43,192 nucleotides of DNA from assembly GCA_027009805.1 (NCBI GenBank), contig JALVCQ010000031.1:1-43192 (forward strand), given 5' to 3'. The notes beneath the pieces were generated by a model. It was not told the origin of the DNA. It made no database searches and was given only the letters and a program-made list of their open reading frames with translations. Made by a program: the position numbers and the translations under genes. This document shows, one piece after another, positions 7,803 through 17,342 of the stretch (the first letter of the stretch is position 1; each line of letters begins with the position of its first letter). Origin of the DNA: Bacteroidota bacterium. Its GTDB lineage: Bacteria; Bacteroidota; Bacteroidia; JAADEI01; JALVCQ01.

Positions 7803-8624
7803 ATGGATATTCATCGAACCGCGGTTATCCATCCTTCGGTGCAGATGGGGCGAAATGTCACCATCGGCCCGTATGCGGTGATTGACGAGGATGTGGTGTT
7901 GGGCGATGACGTGCAGATTGACGCCCATGCTGTTGTGAAGCCGCATGTCCGCGTAGGCAGAGGCACGCGCATCTTTTCGGGTGCGGTGGTGGGTGAGATT
8001 CCCCAGGACTTAAAGTTCGAAGGCGAGTACTCTGAAACCATCATCGGCGAGAAAGTGCGCATTCGGGAGTTTGTCACCATCAATCGGGGTACGAAAGCCT
8101 CGGGACGCACTGTCATCGGCGATGGTTCGTTGCTGATGGCCTACGTGCACGTAGCCCATGACTGCGTGGTGGGCAAGCATTGCATCCTGTCCAATTGCGT
8201 GAATCTGGCCGGTCATGTGGTGGTGGGCGATTATGCCACGCTGGCGGGGATGGTGGCCGTTCATCAGTTTGTGCACATCGGCGCCTATGCTTTTGTGGCG
8301 GGCGGTTCGTTGGTGCGCACCGACGTGCCCCCGTATGTGCGGGTGGGACGGGAGCCGCTGCGCTTCGAGTCTGTGAACCGGATAGGACTCGAGCGTCGGG
8401 GGTTTTCGCCCGAAGAGATTCGGATCATTGAGGAGATTTATAAGCATCTGTTCCAGACGCGTTCCAATGTGGGCATCGCCCTTGAAGAACTGAAAGCCTC
8501 TCAGAACGGCAATGTGTTCTTCCAGAAAATCCACTCGTTTATTGAGGCTTCCCGAAAAAGGGAGCGCGGACTGGTGAAGGGCATCGAACGGCGGGCGGTG
8601 TCTTCGCCCCACAACCGGTCTTGA
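7803..8624 (+). CDS. lpxA: acyl-ACP--UDP-GlcNAc O-acyltransferase
   Basis: 273 aa with hexapeptide repeats from the N-terminus and a C-terminal helical domain (NRIGLERRGFS). Confidence 0.92.
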   Translation: MDIHRTAVIHPSVQMGRNVTIGPYAVIDEDVVLGDDVQIDAHAVVKPHVRVGRGTRIFSGAVVGEIPQDLKFEGEYSETIIGEKVRIREFVTINRGTKASGRTVIGDGSLLMAYVHVAHDCVVGKHCILSNCVNLAGHVVVGDYATLAGMVAVHQFVHIGAYAFVAGGSLVRTDVPPYVRVGREPLRFESVNRIGLERRGFSPEEIRIIEEIYKHLFQTRSNVGIALEELKASQNGNVFFQKIHSFIEASRKRERGLVKGIERRAVSSPHNRS

Positions 8625-9232
8625 TGGCGGTTTCTGTTGTTGCCCGAGATGTGTTGTTTTACTATGCGTCGCACGAGGTCGTCATCCGGAACCTGTCGTT
8701 TGACATTCCGCCGCGGCGGACGTGGGCGTTTGTGGGACCCAACGGAAGCGGCAAGACGTCGCTGTTGTTGTTGGTGGCGGGATTTCATCAGCCGCTTGCC
8801 GGACGAATTGCGTGCGTGGTGGATGGTCAAGAAGTTTCCGATTGCCGGCCGATGATGGCGCTCTCTACGCCGATGCTGGCGTTTCCGCCGGAATTGAAAG
8901 TGGCGGAAGTCATCGCCCTGCATCAGGCGATGAAGCCCATCCGCCGTGAGCTCTGGGAAACCGCTTTTCAGCAGTCGGGGTTGCCGCCGCACCTCGACAA
9001 GCCGGTGACCTCGTTGTCTTCGGGGCTTTATCAGCGATTGCGGCTGTTGTTGGCATTCACCACCGACGTGCCGCTGTTGTTGTTGGACGAGCCCACGTCG
9101 TATCTCGACGAGGCCGGGCGGGTGTTTTATCATCATTTAATGAAAAAATGGCATCGCCGACGCACGGTGATTGTAGCCAGCAACGACCCTGCGGAATATA
9201 CCTCCTATTGCGACGGTCGGGTGGTGCTCTGA
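8624..9232 (+). CDS. small ABC-type ATPase with degenerate catalytic motifs
   Basis: Walker A GPNGSGKTS and Walker B LLLLDEP are intact. Signature reads LSSGL instead of LSGGQ, and the H-loop position reads ASND (Asn instead of His). ATG overlaps the lpxA stop (TGATG). Confidence 0.82.
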   Translation: MAVSVVARDVLFYYASHEVVIRNLSFDIPPRRTWAFVGPNGSGKTSLLLLVAGFHQPLAGRIACVVDGQEVSDCRPMMALSTPMLAFPPELKVAEVIALHQAMKPIRRELWETAFQQSGLPPHLDKPVTSLSSGLYQRLRLLLAFTTDVPLLLLDEPTSYLDEAGRVFYHHLMKKWHRRRTVIVASNDPAEYTSYCDGRVVL

Positions 9233-9242
9233 TGGAAAGGCT

Positions 9243-9250
9243 TAACTTTG
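9243..9250 (+). promoter_or_regulatory. candidate -7 box TAACTTTG
   Basis: Exact TAnnTTTG match, 11 nt upstream of tRNA-Ser. Confidence 0.35.
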
Positions 9251-9261
9251 CGCTCCCGAAA

Positions 9262-9353
9262 GGAGAGGTGGCCGAGTGGTCGAAGGCGCACGCCTGGAGA
9301 GCGTGTACTCGGTGAAAGCCGGGTCGAGGGTTCGAATCCCTCCCTCTCCGCCA
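9262..9353 (+). tRNA. tRNA-Ser (anticodon GGA), CCA encoded
   Basis: Hand-folded cloverleaf. Acceptor GGAGAGG/CCTCTCC, anticodon stem CACGC/GCGTG, loop CTGGAGA, long variable arm, T-arm GAGGG-TTCGAAT-CCCTC, discriminator G followed by CCA. Confidence 0.93.
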
Positions 9354-9373
9354 CGCTGTCCTCATACGATTAC

Positions 9374-9462
<89 letters not shown>

Positions 9463-9515
9463 TGATGAGGACGCGCTTTTCGGGGGTAAGCGAAACAGCC
9501 TGACAGCCCTATCCG

Positions 9516-10715
9516 ATGCGTATCCGTGAAGGTTTGGTCTCTCTGGAGCTGCCCCCCCAGGGGCGTGTGAACATCCCCGGCGGCGCGCCGGCCTTTTACA
9601 ATCCGCACATGCACCCCAATCGGGACCTGTCGGTCCTGATGATGAAGTATCTGGCCGCGCTGCGCGGCGCACCCTTTCAGGCCGTCGAAACCCATGCCGC
9701 CACCGGCATCACCTCCCTGCGCTGGCACAAAGAAGCCCCCGAAGCCGTTACCCGCACCTTCAGCAGCGACATCAGCACCGAAAGCATCGCCGTCTTTCAG
9801 CGCAACTATGCTCTGAATGCGATCGATGAAAAAGCGTATGTCATCGAAGAAACCGATGGCCGTAAGTTGCTGGAAAAGCTGCGGAAAGAACCCATTCACT
9901 TTATCGAGGTCGATCCCTTTGGCATTGCGATTCCCTATGTGGAGGAGGCGCTGGTGACGCTCGACAATCAGGGCATCCTTTCGCTGACGAATACGAATCT
10001 GTCGCCGCTGGCCGGGTCGTATGTCAACGCCTGCCGGCGGCGCTATACGGCCGTTCCGCTCAAAAACGAATTTAAGCACGAAATCGGCCTGCGGATCTTT
10101 ATCAAAAAGGTGATCGAGCGGGGTGCCGAGCATGACGTAGCTATGGTGCCGGTGTTGGCGGTGGCGCACCAGCATTTCTACAAGGTCTTTTTCCGTAAGG
10201 TGCGGGGTGCGCGCCGTGCCAATGAGCTGATCGGTCAGATCGGTTTCTTGCTGTATTGTCCCAATTGTCTGAACCGCCGGACTATCCTGCACGTCAATCA
10301 GTCGGCTGCGCGGTGTGAGGTCTGCCGGCATGGGTTCCACTATGCGGGGCCGCTGTGGCTGGGCCCCTTGGTGGAAGACGGCGTGCTGGAAGCATTGCAA
10401 CGCATCGCCGCGGGGATGGAGACGCTGTCGCCGGTGACCCGCCGCCTGTTGCGCATGCTGGAAGGCGACCGGGACGTCCCATCGGTGGGCTATTATCAGG
10501 TCCCCCGCCTGATGAAAAAGTGGGGGCTGAAAGAACAGCCGCCGATTCGGAAAATATTGCGATGGACGGAAGGCGTACGCACCCACTTTGCCGGTGACGG
10601 TTTCCGGACGCCGCTGTCGCATGCCGAGCTCATCGAGCGCCTGTCGGCCCGTTTGCCCGTCCGCATCGACGTGTTGGAACCCGCTCCCTGGGAGGCCGAC
10701 GACGGCGGTGCTTAA
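9516..10715 (+). CDS. trm1: Trm1-family tRNA (guanine-N2)-dimethyltransferase
   Basis: 399 aa. Signature FYNPHMHPNRDLSV near the N-terminus, a Cys4 knuckle CPNC...CEVC, then GPLWLGPL, the typical TRM1 family layout. Confidence 0.78.
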   Translation: MRIREGLVSLELPPQGRVNIPGGAPAFYNPHMHPNRDLSVLMMKYLAALRGAPFQAVETHAATGITSLRWHKEAPEAVTRTFSSDISTESIAVFQRNYALNAIDEKAYVIEETDGRKLLEKLRKEPIHFIEVDPFGIAIPYVEEALVTLDNQGILSLTNTNLSPLAGSYVNACRRRYTAVPLKNEFKHEIGLRIFIKKVIERGAEHDVAMVPVLAVAHQHFYKVFFRKVRGARRANELIGQIGFLLYCPNCLNRRTILHVNQSAARCEVCRHGFHYAGPLWLGPLVEDGVLEALQRIAAGMETLSPVTRRLLRMLEGDRDVPSVGYYQVPRLMKKWGLKEQPPIRKILRWTEGVRTHFAGDGFRTPLSHAELIERLSARLPVRIDVLEPAPWEADDGGA

Positions 10716-10725
10716 AATCGGCCGG

Positions 10726-12129
10726 TTGAAAAAGCTCCATAAGCTTCTTTACCTTTCCTATGTCGGGCCTTTTGTGGCCACCTTTTTCATTGCCCTCTTT
10801 GTCCTGGTGGTGCAGTTTCTCTTTAAGTGGGTGGATGAACTGATCGGGAAAGGCTTGCCGGCGGATGTGTTGTTGCAACTGGTCTTTTACGCCACCCTGG
10901 GGCTGGTGGGCATGGCCCTGCCGCTGGCGGTGCTCCTTTCTTCCATTATGCTGTTCGGCGGGCTGGCCGAGCACCGCGAGCTGATGGGCCTCAAAAGCGC
11001 CGGTATTTCTTTGCTGCAGGTGATGGGCGCCATGATGCCGTTTTTGGTGCTCATGATGGGCGTGACCTTCTTTTTGAATAATAACCTGATCCCGTATGCC
11101 AACCGCAAGTTGGGCACGCTTTTGATCGATATCCGACAGAAAAAGCCGGCCATCGACCTGCCCGAAGGCGTGTTTTACGGCGGCATTCGGGGATACACGA
11201 TTCGGGTGGCTGAAAAAAAAGAAGGCGGGCGGCTCGAAGGACTGATGATTTACGACCACACCGAACGGCAGGGCAATACGAAGGTGTTGCTGGCCGATTC
11301 GGGCCGTATTTTTTATTCGCGGGACACCAGCTGGATGTTTGTGCAGCTGTATCACGGCATTGCCTACGATGAAGCCGTCCGGGAGGTGCGGGGGCGGCAA
11401 ATCCCGCCCTTTACGGTGTCGCAATTTGAGGCTTATCGGATGAAGATCGACATTCGGGAGTTCAAGTTCGTGCGCACCAATGAGTCGATTCTGGCAGGGC
11501 ACTATCAAGCCATGCCGATGGCGTTGTTGGCCCATTATGCCGACTCGATGGCGAGGCGGGTGCAGGCGCGTCTGGTAGATTTTCGCAAGAGCTTGCGGCC
11601 GTTCTTTTTGTTCGAGCGCGACTCACTCTTCTGGGAGCGGATGTCGGCGGGGCCCGATACGGTCTCTCGGGTGGCTTTTGCGTTGCCGGTGACGGATAAA
11701 ACCCGCTCTCGGGCCTTGAATGAGGCCTATTCGGTGCAAAACCTGCTGAATGCTTACAGCACCGAGATCACCCACTACCGTAAGCTGCGTGCGCGCTATT
11801 TGGCCGAATGGCATCGCAAGCTCACGCTGGCGCTGGCGGTGATCATTCTTTTCCTGATCGGCGGGGCCACCGGAGCCATCATCCGAAAAGGCGGGCTGGG
11901 CATGCCCACGGTGGTCAGTGTGTTGCTCTTCATCGCTTTTTATCTCATTGACATGACCGGCTATAAGATGGTCAAAAACCTGGTGGTGGCACCGTGGTTG
12001 GGGATTTGGTTGCCCATCTTTGTGTTGGCGCCGGTGAGCATTCTGTTACTTTTGGCAGCCCATTGGGACGTGAACCTTCTGGCGTGGCGCGGTTGGCGCC
12101 GCCGCGAGGAGGATGACGTCCACCATTGA
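10726..12129 (+). CDS. LptF/LptG (YjgP/YjgQ) family permease
   Basis: Three TM spans, a soluble middle domain, then three TM spans. A TTG start at 10726 gives (M)KKLHKLLYLSYVGPF, like LptF/G N-termini. GTG at 10708 is an alternative start. The tracked start at 10588 would overlap trm1 by 128 nt. Confidence 0.75.
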   Translation: MKKLHKLLYLSYVGPFVATFFIALFVLVVQFLFKWVDELIGKGLPADVLLQLVFYATLGLVGMALPLAVLLSSIMLFGGLAEHRELMGLKSAGISLLQVMGAMMPFLVLMMGVTFFLNNNLIPYANRKLGTLLIDIRQKKPAIDLPEGVFYGGIRGYTIRVAEKKEGGRLEGLMIYDHTERQGNTKVLLADSGRIFYSRDTSWMFVQLYHGIAYDEAVREVRGRQIPPFTVSQFEAYRMKIDIREFKFVRTNESILAGHYQAMPMALLAHYADSMARRVQARLVDFRKSLRPFFLFERDSLFWERMSAGPDTVSRVAFALPVTDKTRSRALNEAYSVQNLLNAYSTEITHYRKLRARYLAEWHRKLTLALAVIILFLIGGATGAIIRKGGLGMPTVVSVLLFIAFYLIDMTGYKMVKNLVVAPWLGIWLPIFVLAPVSILLLLAAHWDVNLLAWRGWRRREEDDVHH

Positions 12130-12138
12130 CCCGAGCCT

Positions 12139-13365
12139 ATGCGGATTTTGCAGATCATGCCCCGCCTCCCGTTTCCGCCCACCGACGGCCATGCGGTGTC
12201 GGCGAGCGTGGCCCTGAAAGGAGCGCTGGATGTGGGGTTGCAAATCCACCTGATGGCCTTCAGCACGCCCAAGCATCCGGCCAAGACGCAGTTTTTCCCG
12301 GTATGGTTCGACCGGGTGGAAAAATTTTACTTCCCGCGGATTCTCACGGGCATCAATCCCGCCAACGTCCTGTTGGGACTGTTGCCCCGGCGCTCGCTCA
12401 ATATCGAACGGTTTAATAAGATTAAGGTGCATTGGCGGCTGGACCATATCCTGCGGCAGGAGCGGTTTGACTTGATCTGGATTGACGGCCTCTATGCGGC
12501 GCCTTATTTGCCCACGATTCGCAAGCGGACGTCGGCGCCGGTGATAATGCGGGCCCACAACGTCGAGTTTCAGATCTGGCGACGGCTGGCCAAAGCCGAG
12601 AAAAACCCATTGAAAAAAACCGCCTTTCGCTTCTTGGCCCGCAAACTCCGGGAATATGAAATCGCCGTCGCCAATCAGATGGATGTCTTGCTGACGGTGA
12701 CCGATGTCGATCGGCAGACCTTTCGGCGGCTGGGCGTGAAGGTGCCTATCCACGTGATGCCCGTGGGCCTGGACATGGCTCAATATGCTCTGGTTGAAGC
12801 GGCTCCTGACCCCGATACCGTCTTTCTCATCGGGGCGCTGGACTGGAAGCCCAACGTGCAAGCCGTCGCATGGTTTGTGCGCCGCGTGTGGCCTTATGTA
12901 AAAGAAATGCATCCGCGGGCCCGTTGTGTCATTGCCGGCAAGCGGATGCCCGAGGGGTTTCTGGCGCCGCTGCCGGCGGGGGTGGAAGCCGTGGGCGAGG
13001 TGCCCGACGCGCATGTCTTTATGCGGGCACATCACGTGATGGCGGTGCCCTTGCTGGCGGGCAGCGGGTTTCGGGTTAAAATCCTCGAAGGCATGGCCCT
13101 CGGAAAACCCATCGTGAGCACCACCGTGGGCGCCGAAGGCATCGAAGTGACGCCCGGCCAAGACATTCTGATTGCAGACGACCCCGAAGGCTTTGCCCGG
13201 CATGTGGCAACCCTGATGAAAGACCCGCACAGAGCCCAAAAGATAGGGGCCGCCGCCCGCCACACCGTAGAACGCCGATACGACATCCGTCGGATTTATC
13301 GGGACTTGTTTGGCTTTTTGCGGGAACAGTTTCCTGCATTGCCTTACGATACGTTGGCGTTATGA
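12139..13365 (+). CDS. glycosyltransferase, GT4/GT1 (GT-B fold) family
   Basis: 408 aa. N-terminus MRILQIMPRLPFPPTDGHAV and C-terminal motif EGMALGKPIVSTTVGAEGI. Confidence 0.85.
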   Translation: MRILQIMPRLPFPPTDGHAVSASVALKGALDVGLQIHLMAFSTPKHPAKTQFFPVWFDRVEKFYFPRILTGINPANVLLGLLPRRSLNIERFNKIKVHWRLDHILRQERFDLIWIDGLYAAPYLPTIRKRTSAPVIMRAHNVEFQIWRRLAKAEKNPLKKTAFRFLARKLREYEIAVANQMDVLLTVTDVDRQTFRRLGVKVPIHVMPVGLDMAQYALVEAAPDPDTVFLIGALDWKPNVQAVAWFVRRVWPYVKEMHPRARCVIAGKRMPEGFLAPLPAGVEAVGEVPDAHVFMRAHHVMAVPLLAGSGFRVKILEGMALGKPIVSTTVGAEGIEVTPGQDILIADDPEGFARHVATLMKDPHRAQKIGAAARHTVERRYDIRRIYRDLFGFLREQFPALPYDTLAL

Positions 13366-14411
13366 ATAGCGCGGCCCGCTGGGGGCGCCGGGTGGCGGCG
13401 GCCGTGTATGGCGGCGGCGTAAGACTTCGCAACTGGCTCTATGATCGGGGTGTGTTGCCGTCGTGGCGGCCGCCGGTTCGCACGCTGGTGGTGGGCAACC
13501 TGTCGGCGGGCGGAGCAGGCAAGACGCCGATGGTGATGACGCTGGTGGAATGGTTGCAGGAGCGGGGCGTGTCGGCGGCGGTGCTCAGCCGCGGCTATGG
13601 CCGGCGAAGCGCGGGGCTTCGGGAGGTGATGCCGGAAGACTCCTTTGAAGAAGTGGGCGACGAGCCGCTGTTGATAAAGCAGACCCATCCGGGCGTGCCG
13701 GTGGTAGTCAGCATCGATCGGCGGGAAGGCATTGAATATCTCATCGATTACCACCGCCCGGCGGTAGTGGTCATGGACGACGGTTTTCAGCATCGGCGGA
13801 TTCGGCCCACGGCGGCGATGGTGTTAATGTCCTATCATCATCCTTACGATCGGGATGCGCTGTTGCCGTTGGGGCGGCTGCGCGAGCCGCTGTCGGGCCT
13901 GCGACGGGCGGATGCGCTGGTGGTCACCAAGGTGCCGGAAGTCCATCGGGAACGGGCGACTGAATGGCGGCAACGTCTGCGCTTGCCCGCGGCGTTGCCC
14001 GTCTTTGAGGTGCCGATGCAGTATGGCGGGGTGCGATGGGTGGCCGGGCCCCGGCCTGATGCGGTGCGAAAGCCGATGGCTGTGGCCGGCATCGCCGAGC
14101 CGCAGCCCTTTGCCGCTTATCTGGCGGAACGCTTTCCGGCGCTCCGGACGCGTTTTTTCCCGGATCATCATCCATTCACGGAAGAAGACATGCGGGCGGT
14201 GTGGGCCGAAGCCCGTCGATGGGGATGTGATGCATTGCTCACCACCGAAAAAGACTGGGTACGGCTGCGGGAACGCATGCCGGCGCCCGCCTTGCCGGTG
14301 GGGGTGTTGCCGATGCGTTTCGTCCCAGGCGAGGCACTGTTGGCGTGGCTGGAAAAAGTCCTGAATATAGGAAAAACAGAGGGGGAAAAGACTGCGACTT
14401 TCAATCTATAA
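13362..14411 (+). CDS. lpxK: tetraacyldisaccharide 4'-kinase
   Basis: 349 aa. P-loop VGNLSAGGAGKTPMV and SRGYGR. ATGA overlap with the GT4 gene. Confidence 0.9.
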   Translation: MNSAARWGRRVAAAVYGGGVRLRNWLYDRGVLPSWRPPVRTLVVGNLSAGGAGKTPMVMTLVEWLQERGVSAAVLSRGYGRRSAGLREVMPEDSFEEVGDEPLLIKQTHPGVPVVVSIDRREGIEYLIDYHRPAVVVMDDGFQHRRIRPTAAMVLMSYHHPYDRDALLPLGRLREPLSGLRRADALVVTKVPEVHRERATEWRQRLRLPAALPVFEVPMQYGGVRWVAGPRPDAVRKPMAVAGIAEPQPFAAYLAERFPALRTRFFPDHHPFTEEDMRAVWAEARRWGCDALLTTEKDWVRLRERMPAPALPVGVLPMRFVPGEALLAWLEKVLNIGKTEGEKTATFNL

Positions 14412-14423
14412 GGTCGCCGTTCC

Positions 14424-14577
14424 GTAGGGGCACGGCATGCCGTGCCCCTACGAAATATCGAACGCCGAACTCCGATTTAATGTTTAAGAATTTACTGTAA
14501 CATGTCCTTTTGTTCTTAAAGGAACATTCGTTAATCGGTGTTCTTAAATCAGCTAAAAGGGGCACGCCCAAATCAAA
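14424..14577 (-). mobile_element. MITE-like composite repeat, copy B (inverted relative to copy A)
   Basis: The reverse complement aligns with 1459..1607. Carries an intact 28-bp palindrome (14424..14451) and GGGGCACGCCCAAA (14559..14572). Sits between the convergent lpxK and phnE ends. Confidence 0.6.
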
Positions 14578-14584
14578 AAGAAGA

Positions 14585-15631
14585 TTATGCCAGCGCCGCG
14601 CGGATGCGGGCCGAGAGATAGTCCATCACCCACACCACCAGGGCGATGAGGATGACCAGCGTGCCCACCTGATGCCACAGGGCCAGCCCCTGATATTGCA
14701 TCAGGAGCGTGCCGATGCCGCCGCCGCCCACCAGCCCGATGACGGTGGCCATGCGGACGTTGATGTCCCACCGGTAGATGGTGAAGCTCATGAAAGGGTT
14801 GAGCACCTGCGGGACGACGGCAAACCAGAGGACGTGTATCCATCGGGCGCCGGTGGCTTCGATGGCTTCGATGGGTCCGGGGTTGATGTTTTCGATTTGT
14901 TCGGAATAGAGCTTGGTGAGGGAAGCCACAGTGTGAACCCACAGGGCCAGCATGCCGGCGAAGGGGCCGATGCCCACCCAGACGGTGAAGATGATGGCCC
15001 AGATGAGCGGTTCGATGGAGCGGGTGAAGTTGATAAGCAGGCGCGTGAGGGAGTAGATGAGGCGGGCGACGGGGTGGTGTTGCATGAGGTTGCGGGCGGC
15101 GAGGAAGCTGAGGATAAAGGCGATGGGGATGGCGAAGAGGGTGGCCATCATAGCCAGATAGATGGTCTCGACGATGGCGGTGAGGCCCTGCCAGAGGATG
15201 GACAGGTCGGGCGAGAAGATGGCCGAGAAGATGCGGCGGGCGCCTTGCAGGCCTTCAGTGGAGAAAAGGTCGAACACCGAGACGCGGGTGACAATCCAGC
15301 CGGTGAGGATGGTGGAGATGCCGATCCACCACCACAGATGGACGGCGATGCTGCGGCGCCGGCCCTCGGGATGGGCGTGGATAAGGGTGGCTGGTGAGGC
15401 TTTTAGGAAGTTCAGCACGAGGAAGATACCGCCGCCGATGATGAGATACAGCGGGAAGTCGCCCACGTCGAAGGGCGGCGGCGGGGTGCCCAGGATGACG
15501 TGATAATACCAGATGCGATGGAGGAGCAGGGCCAGATAGGTGCCCAGCAGGACATCGATCAGGCGGGCCTGCCATTGCCGGAGGGTGCGGCGGATACGTT
15601 CGCCCTTATTTGATTTCGACTTCTTCGGCAT
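14585..15631 (-). CDS. phnE: phosphonate ABC transporter permease
   Basis: Multi-TM protein with a PhnE-like core (IVETIYLAMMATLFAIPIAFILSFLAARNL). Start taken at M38 (15631); the tracked N-terminal extension overlaps phnC. Confidence 0.78.
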   Translation of the reverse strand: MPKKSKSNKGERIRRTLRQWQARLIDVLLGTYLALLLHRIWYYHVILGTPPPPFDVGDFPLYLIIGGGIFLVLNFLKASPATLIHAHPEGRRRSIAVHLWWWIGISTILTGWIVTRVSVFDLFSTEGLQGARRIFSAIFSPDLSILWQGLTAIVETIYLAMMATLFAIPIAFILSFLAARNLMQHHPVARLIYSLTRLLINFTRSIEPLIWAIIFTVWVGIGPFAGMLALWVHTVASLTKLYSEQIENINPGPIEAIEATGARWIHVLWFAVVPQVLNPFMSFTIYRWDINVRMATVIGLVGGGGIGTLLMQYQGLALWHQVGTLVILIALVVWVMDYLSARIRAALA

Positions 15632-16370
15632 CTTCACCGTATATTTTTTTGAACCACGCTTCGGTGATGTCTTCAGGCTTTCCTTCGAAGACCATTTCGC
15701 CGGCACGCAGGGCGATGACACGGGAAGCATACCGGCGCACAAGGCTGAGGAAGTGGAGGTTGCAGATGATGGTGGTGCCCTGTTCTTTGTTGATTTTTTC
15801 GAGATATTGCATGACGGAGTGGCTGGTGGCGGGGTCGAGGCTGGCCACGGGTTCGTCGGCGAGCAACAGGCGCGGATGTTGCATCAGCGAACGGGCGATG
15901 GCCACGCGCTGCTGCTGACCGCCGCTGAGGGCATCGACGCGGTTGGTTTCTTTGTCGGCGAGGCCGACGAGGGTCAGGTGTCGGCGGGCTTCCACTTTCA
16001 GCTCGTCGGGGAAGTGGCCCAAGAGCGGGCCCAGGAGCGGAAGCCGCCCCAGCGCGCCATACAGGACGTTGTGCAGGACGGAATGGCGGTTGATGAGGTT
16101 GAAATGCTGAAAGATCATGCCGATTTGCGCCCGATAGCGGCGCAGCTCGGCGCCCGACAGCTGCGTGACGTCTTTGCCGGCAAAGCGGATGCTTCCCGAA
16201 GTGGGGTCGATCAGGCGGTTGATACAGCGCAGGAGGGTGCTTTTCCCTGAGCCGCTCAGGCCAATCACCACCAGAAATTCGCCTTCTTTGACGTCGAGGT
16301 TGATGCCTTTGAGGGCATGGGTTCCATTCGGATACACCTTATGGAGGTCATGCAGCGTAAGCAGGCTCAT
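15606..16370 (-). CDS. phnC: phosphonate ABC transporter ATP-binding protein
   Basis: Motifs GLSGSGKSTLLRCINRL, LSGGQQQRVAIARSL, LLLADEP, NLHF (H-loop). PhnC-like N-terminus LHKVYPNGTHALKGINL. Confidence 0.85.
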   Translation of the reverse strand: MSLLTLHDLHKVYPNGTHALKGINLDVKEGEFLVVIGLSGSGKSTLLRCINRLIDPTSGSIRFAGKDVTQLSGAELRRYRAQIGMIFQHFNLINRHSVLHNVLYGALGRLPLLGPLLGHFPDELKVEARRHLTLVGLADKETNRVDALSGGQQQRVAIARSLMQHPRLLLADEPVASLDPATSHSVMQYLEKINKEQGTTIICNLHFLSLVRRYASRVIALRAGEMVFEGKPEDITEAWFKKIYGEDAEEVEIK

Positions 16371-17293
16371 TTTTTCATTAGTTCTTCGAGGTTGTAGCCC
16401 ATGCCGCTGAGGATCTCCCGCAGCACGTCATAGTCGGAGTCGTGCGTTTCGATAAAACCTTCTACGCTGTAAATAGCCCACAGGGCTTTTCGTCCTTCGG
16501 GTGTTTGCTGAAACTTGATGAGCGCCTCGATGGTTTTTCGGACGATGGACTCGGGGAGGTCTTTTCGGACCACGACGGGGTCGTTGGGGATGCTATCGGT
16601 AAAGCCGATGATCTGGATGACGTCTTCTACGTCGGGGAATTGCTGTTTGACGCGGTGACGGGCGTCGAGGATTTCGCCGGTGTGTTTGTCGGGCGGCGAG
16701 TAGTAGGCGGCGCCCACATCAACCTGGCCCTGATAGACCATGGTGATGACGTTGTCGTGTTTCATGGCGAAGACTTCTTCGGCGGGATGGATGCCGAGGC
16801 GGTCGAGGGTGGCTTTGGGGAGGATGTAGCCGGATGTGGAGGCCGGATCGACGTAGGCGATGCGCTTTCCTGTGATGTCGGGCAGCGAATCGATGCCACT
16901 GCCGCGGCGGCTGACGAACATGCCGCGGTAGTAAGTTTCACCATCCCGACGGACCACCCGCAACACCGCCTGTGCACCGTATTTCTCATGGGCCAGCAGA
17001 TAGCTGAATGTGTTGATGATCGAGATGTCGGCTTTGCCGGTGCCGAAGGCTTCCACCACGGCGATAAAGCTGGCGGGGACGGAATAGGAATAGTGATAGC
17101 CGGTTTCTTTTTCAAGAAAATCAATCAGGGCGTCGGCGCTGGTCACAATTTGCTGGGCGTCCACCGAGGGCGTCATGACGAATTTAATAGGATTGCCGGT
17201 GCTGCCCAATTCCTGCGAGGCTTGCCACGGCAGCAGTGACACGCGCACCAGTGCCGCCAGCAGGATCAACAGGTAAACACGGGCGTATTTCAT
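16367..17293 (-). CDS. phnD: phosphate/phosphite/phosphonate ABC transporter substrate-binding protein
   Basis: 308 aa with a signal peptide and a PhnD-like periplasmic binding fold (IKFVMTPS..., YVDPASTSGY). 4-nt overlap with phnC. Confidence 0.78.
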   Translation of the reverse strand: MKYARVYLLILLAALVRVSLLPWQASQELGSTGNPIKFVMTPSVDAQQIVTSADALIDFLEKETGYHYSYSVPASFIAVVEAFGTGKADISIINTFSYLLAHEKYGAQAVLRVVRRDGETYYRGMFVSRRGSGIDSLPDITGKRIAYVDPASTSGYILPKATLDRLGIHPAEEVFAMKHDNVITMVYQGQVDVGAAYYSPPDKHTGEILDARHRVKQQFPDVEDVIQIIGFTDSIPNDPVVVRKDLPESIVRKTIEALIKFQQTPEGRKALWAIYSVEGFIETHDSDYDVLREILSGMGYNLEELMKK

Positions 17294-17342
17294 AGGTGGA
17301 AAAAGCCCTTAGGCAGCGCAAAAGTAAGGGAGTCCATGTGAG

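Noticed and set aside
10588-10725. N-terminal extensions in the ORF track: 10588 for the LptF/G gene, 4061 for the HD gene, 6288 for lpxC/fabZ, 15742 for phnE, 18761, 22053, 22105, 28872, 29407 and 41711
   Set aside because: The extensions overlap upstream genes or divergent starts and have Arg/Pro-rich composition. Internal starts yield canonical N-termini or signal peptides directly after the upstream stop.
14411-14585. The 28-bp palindrome at 14424 as a simple bidirectional terminator for the convergent lpxK and phnE genes
   Set aside because: This may be partly true, but there is no U-tract on either side. The hairpin is part of a larger dispersed repeat, so it is reported as a repeat element rather than annotated as a terminator.
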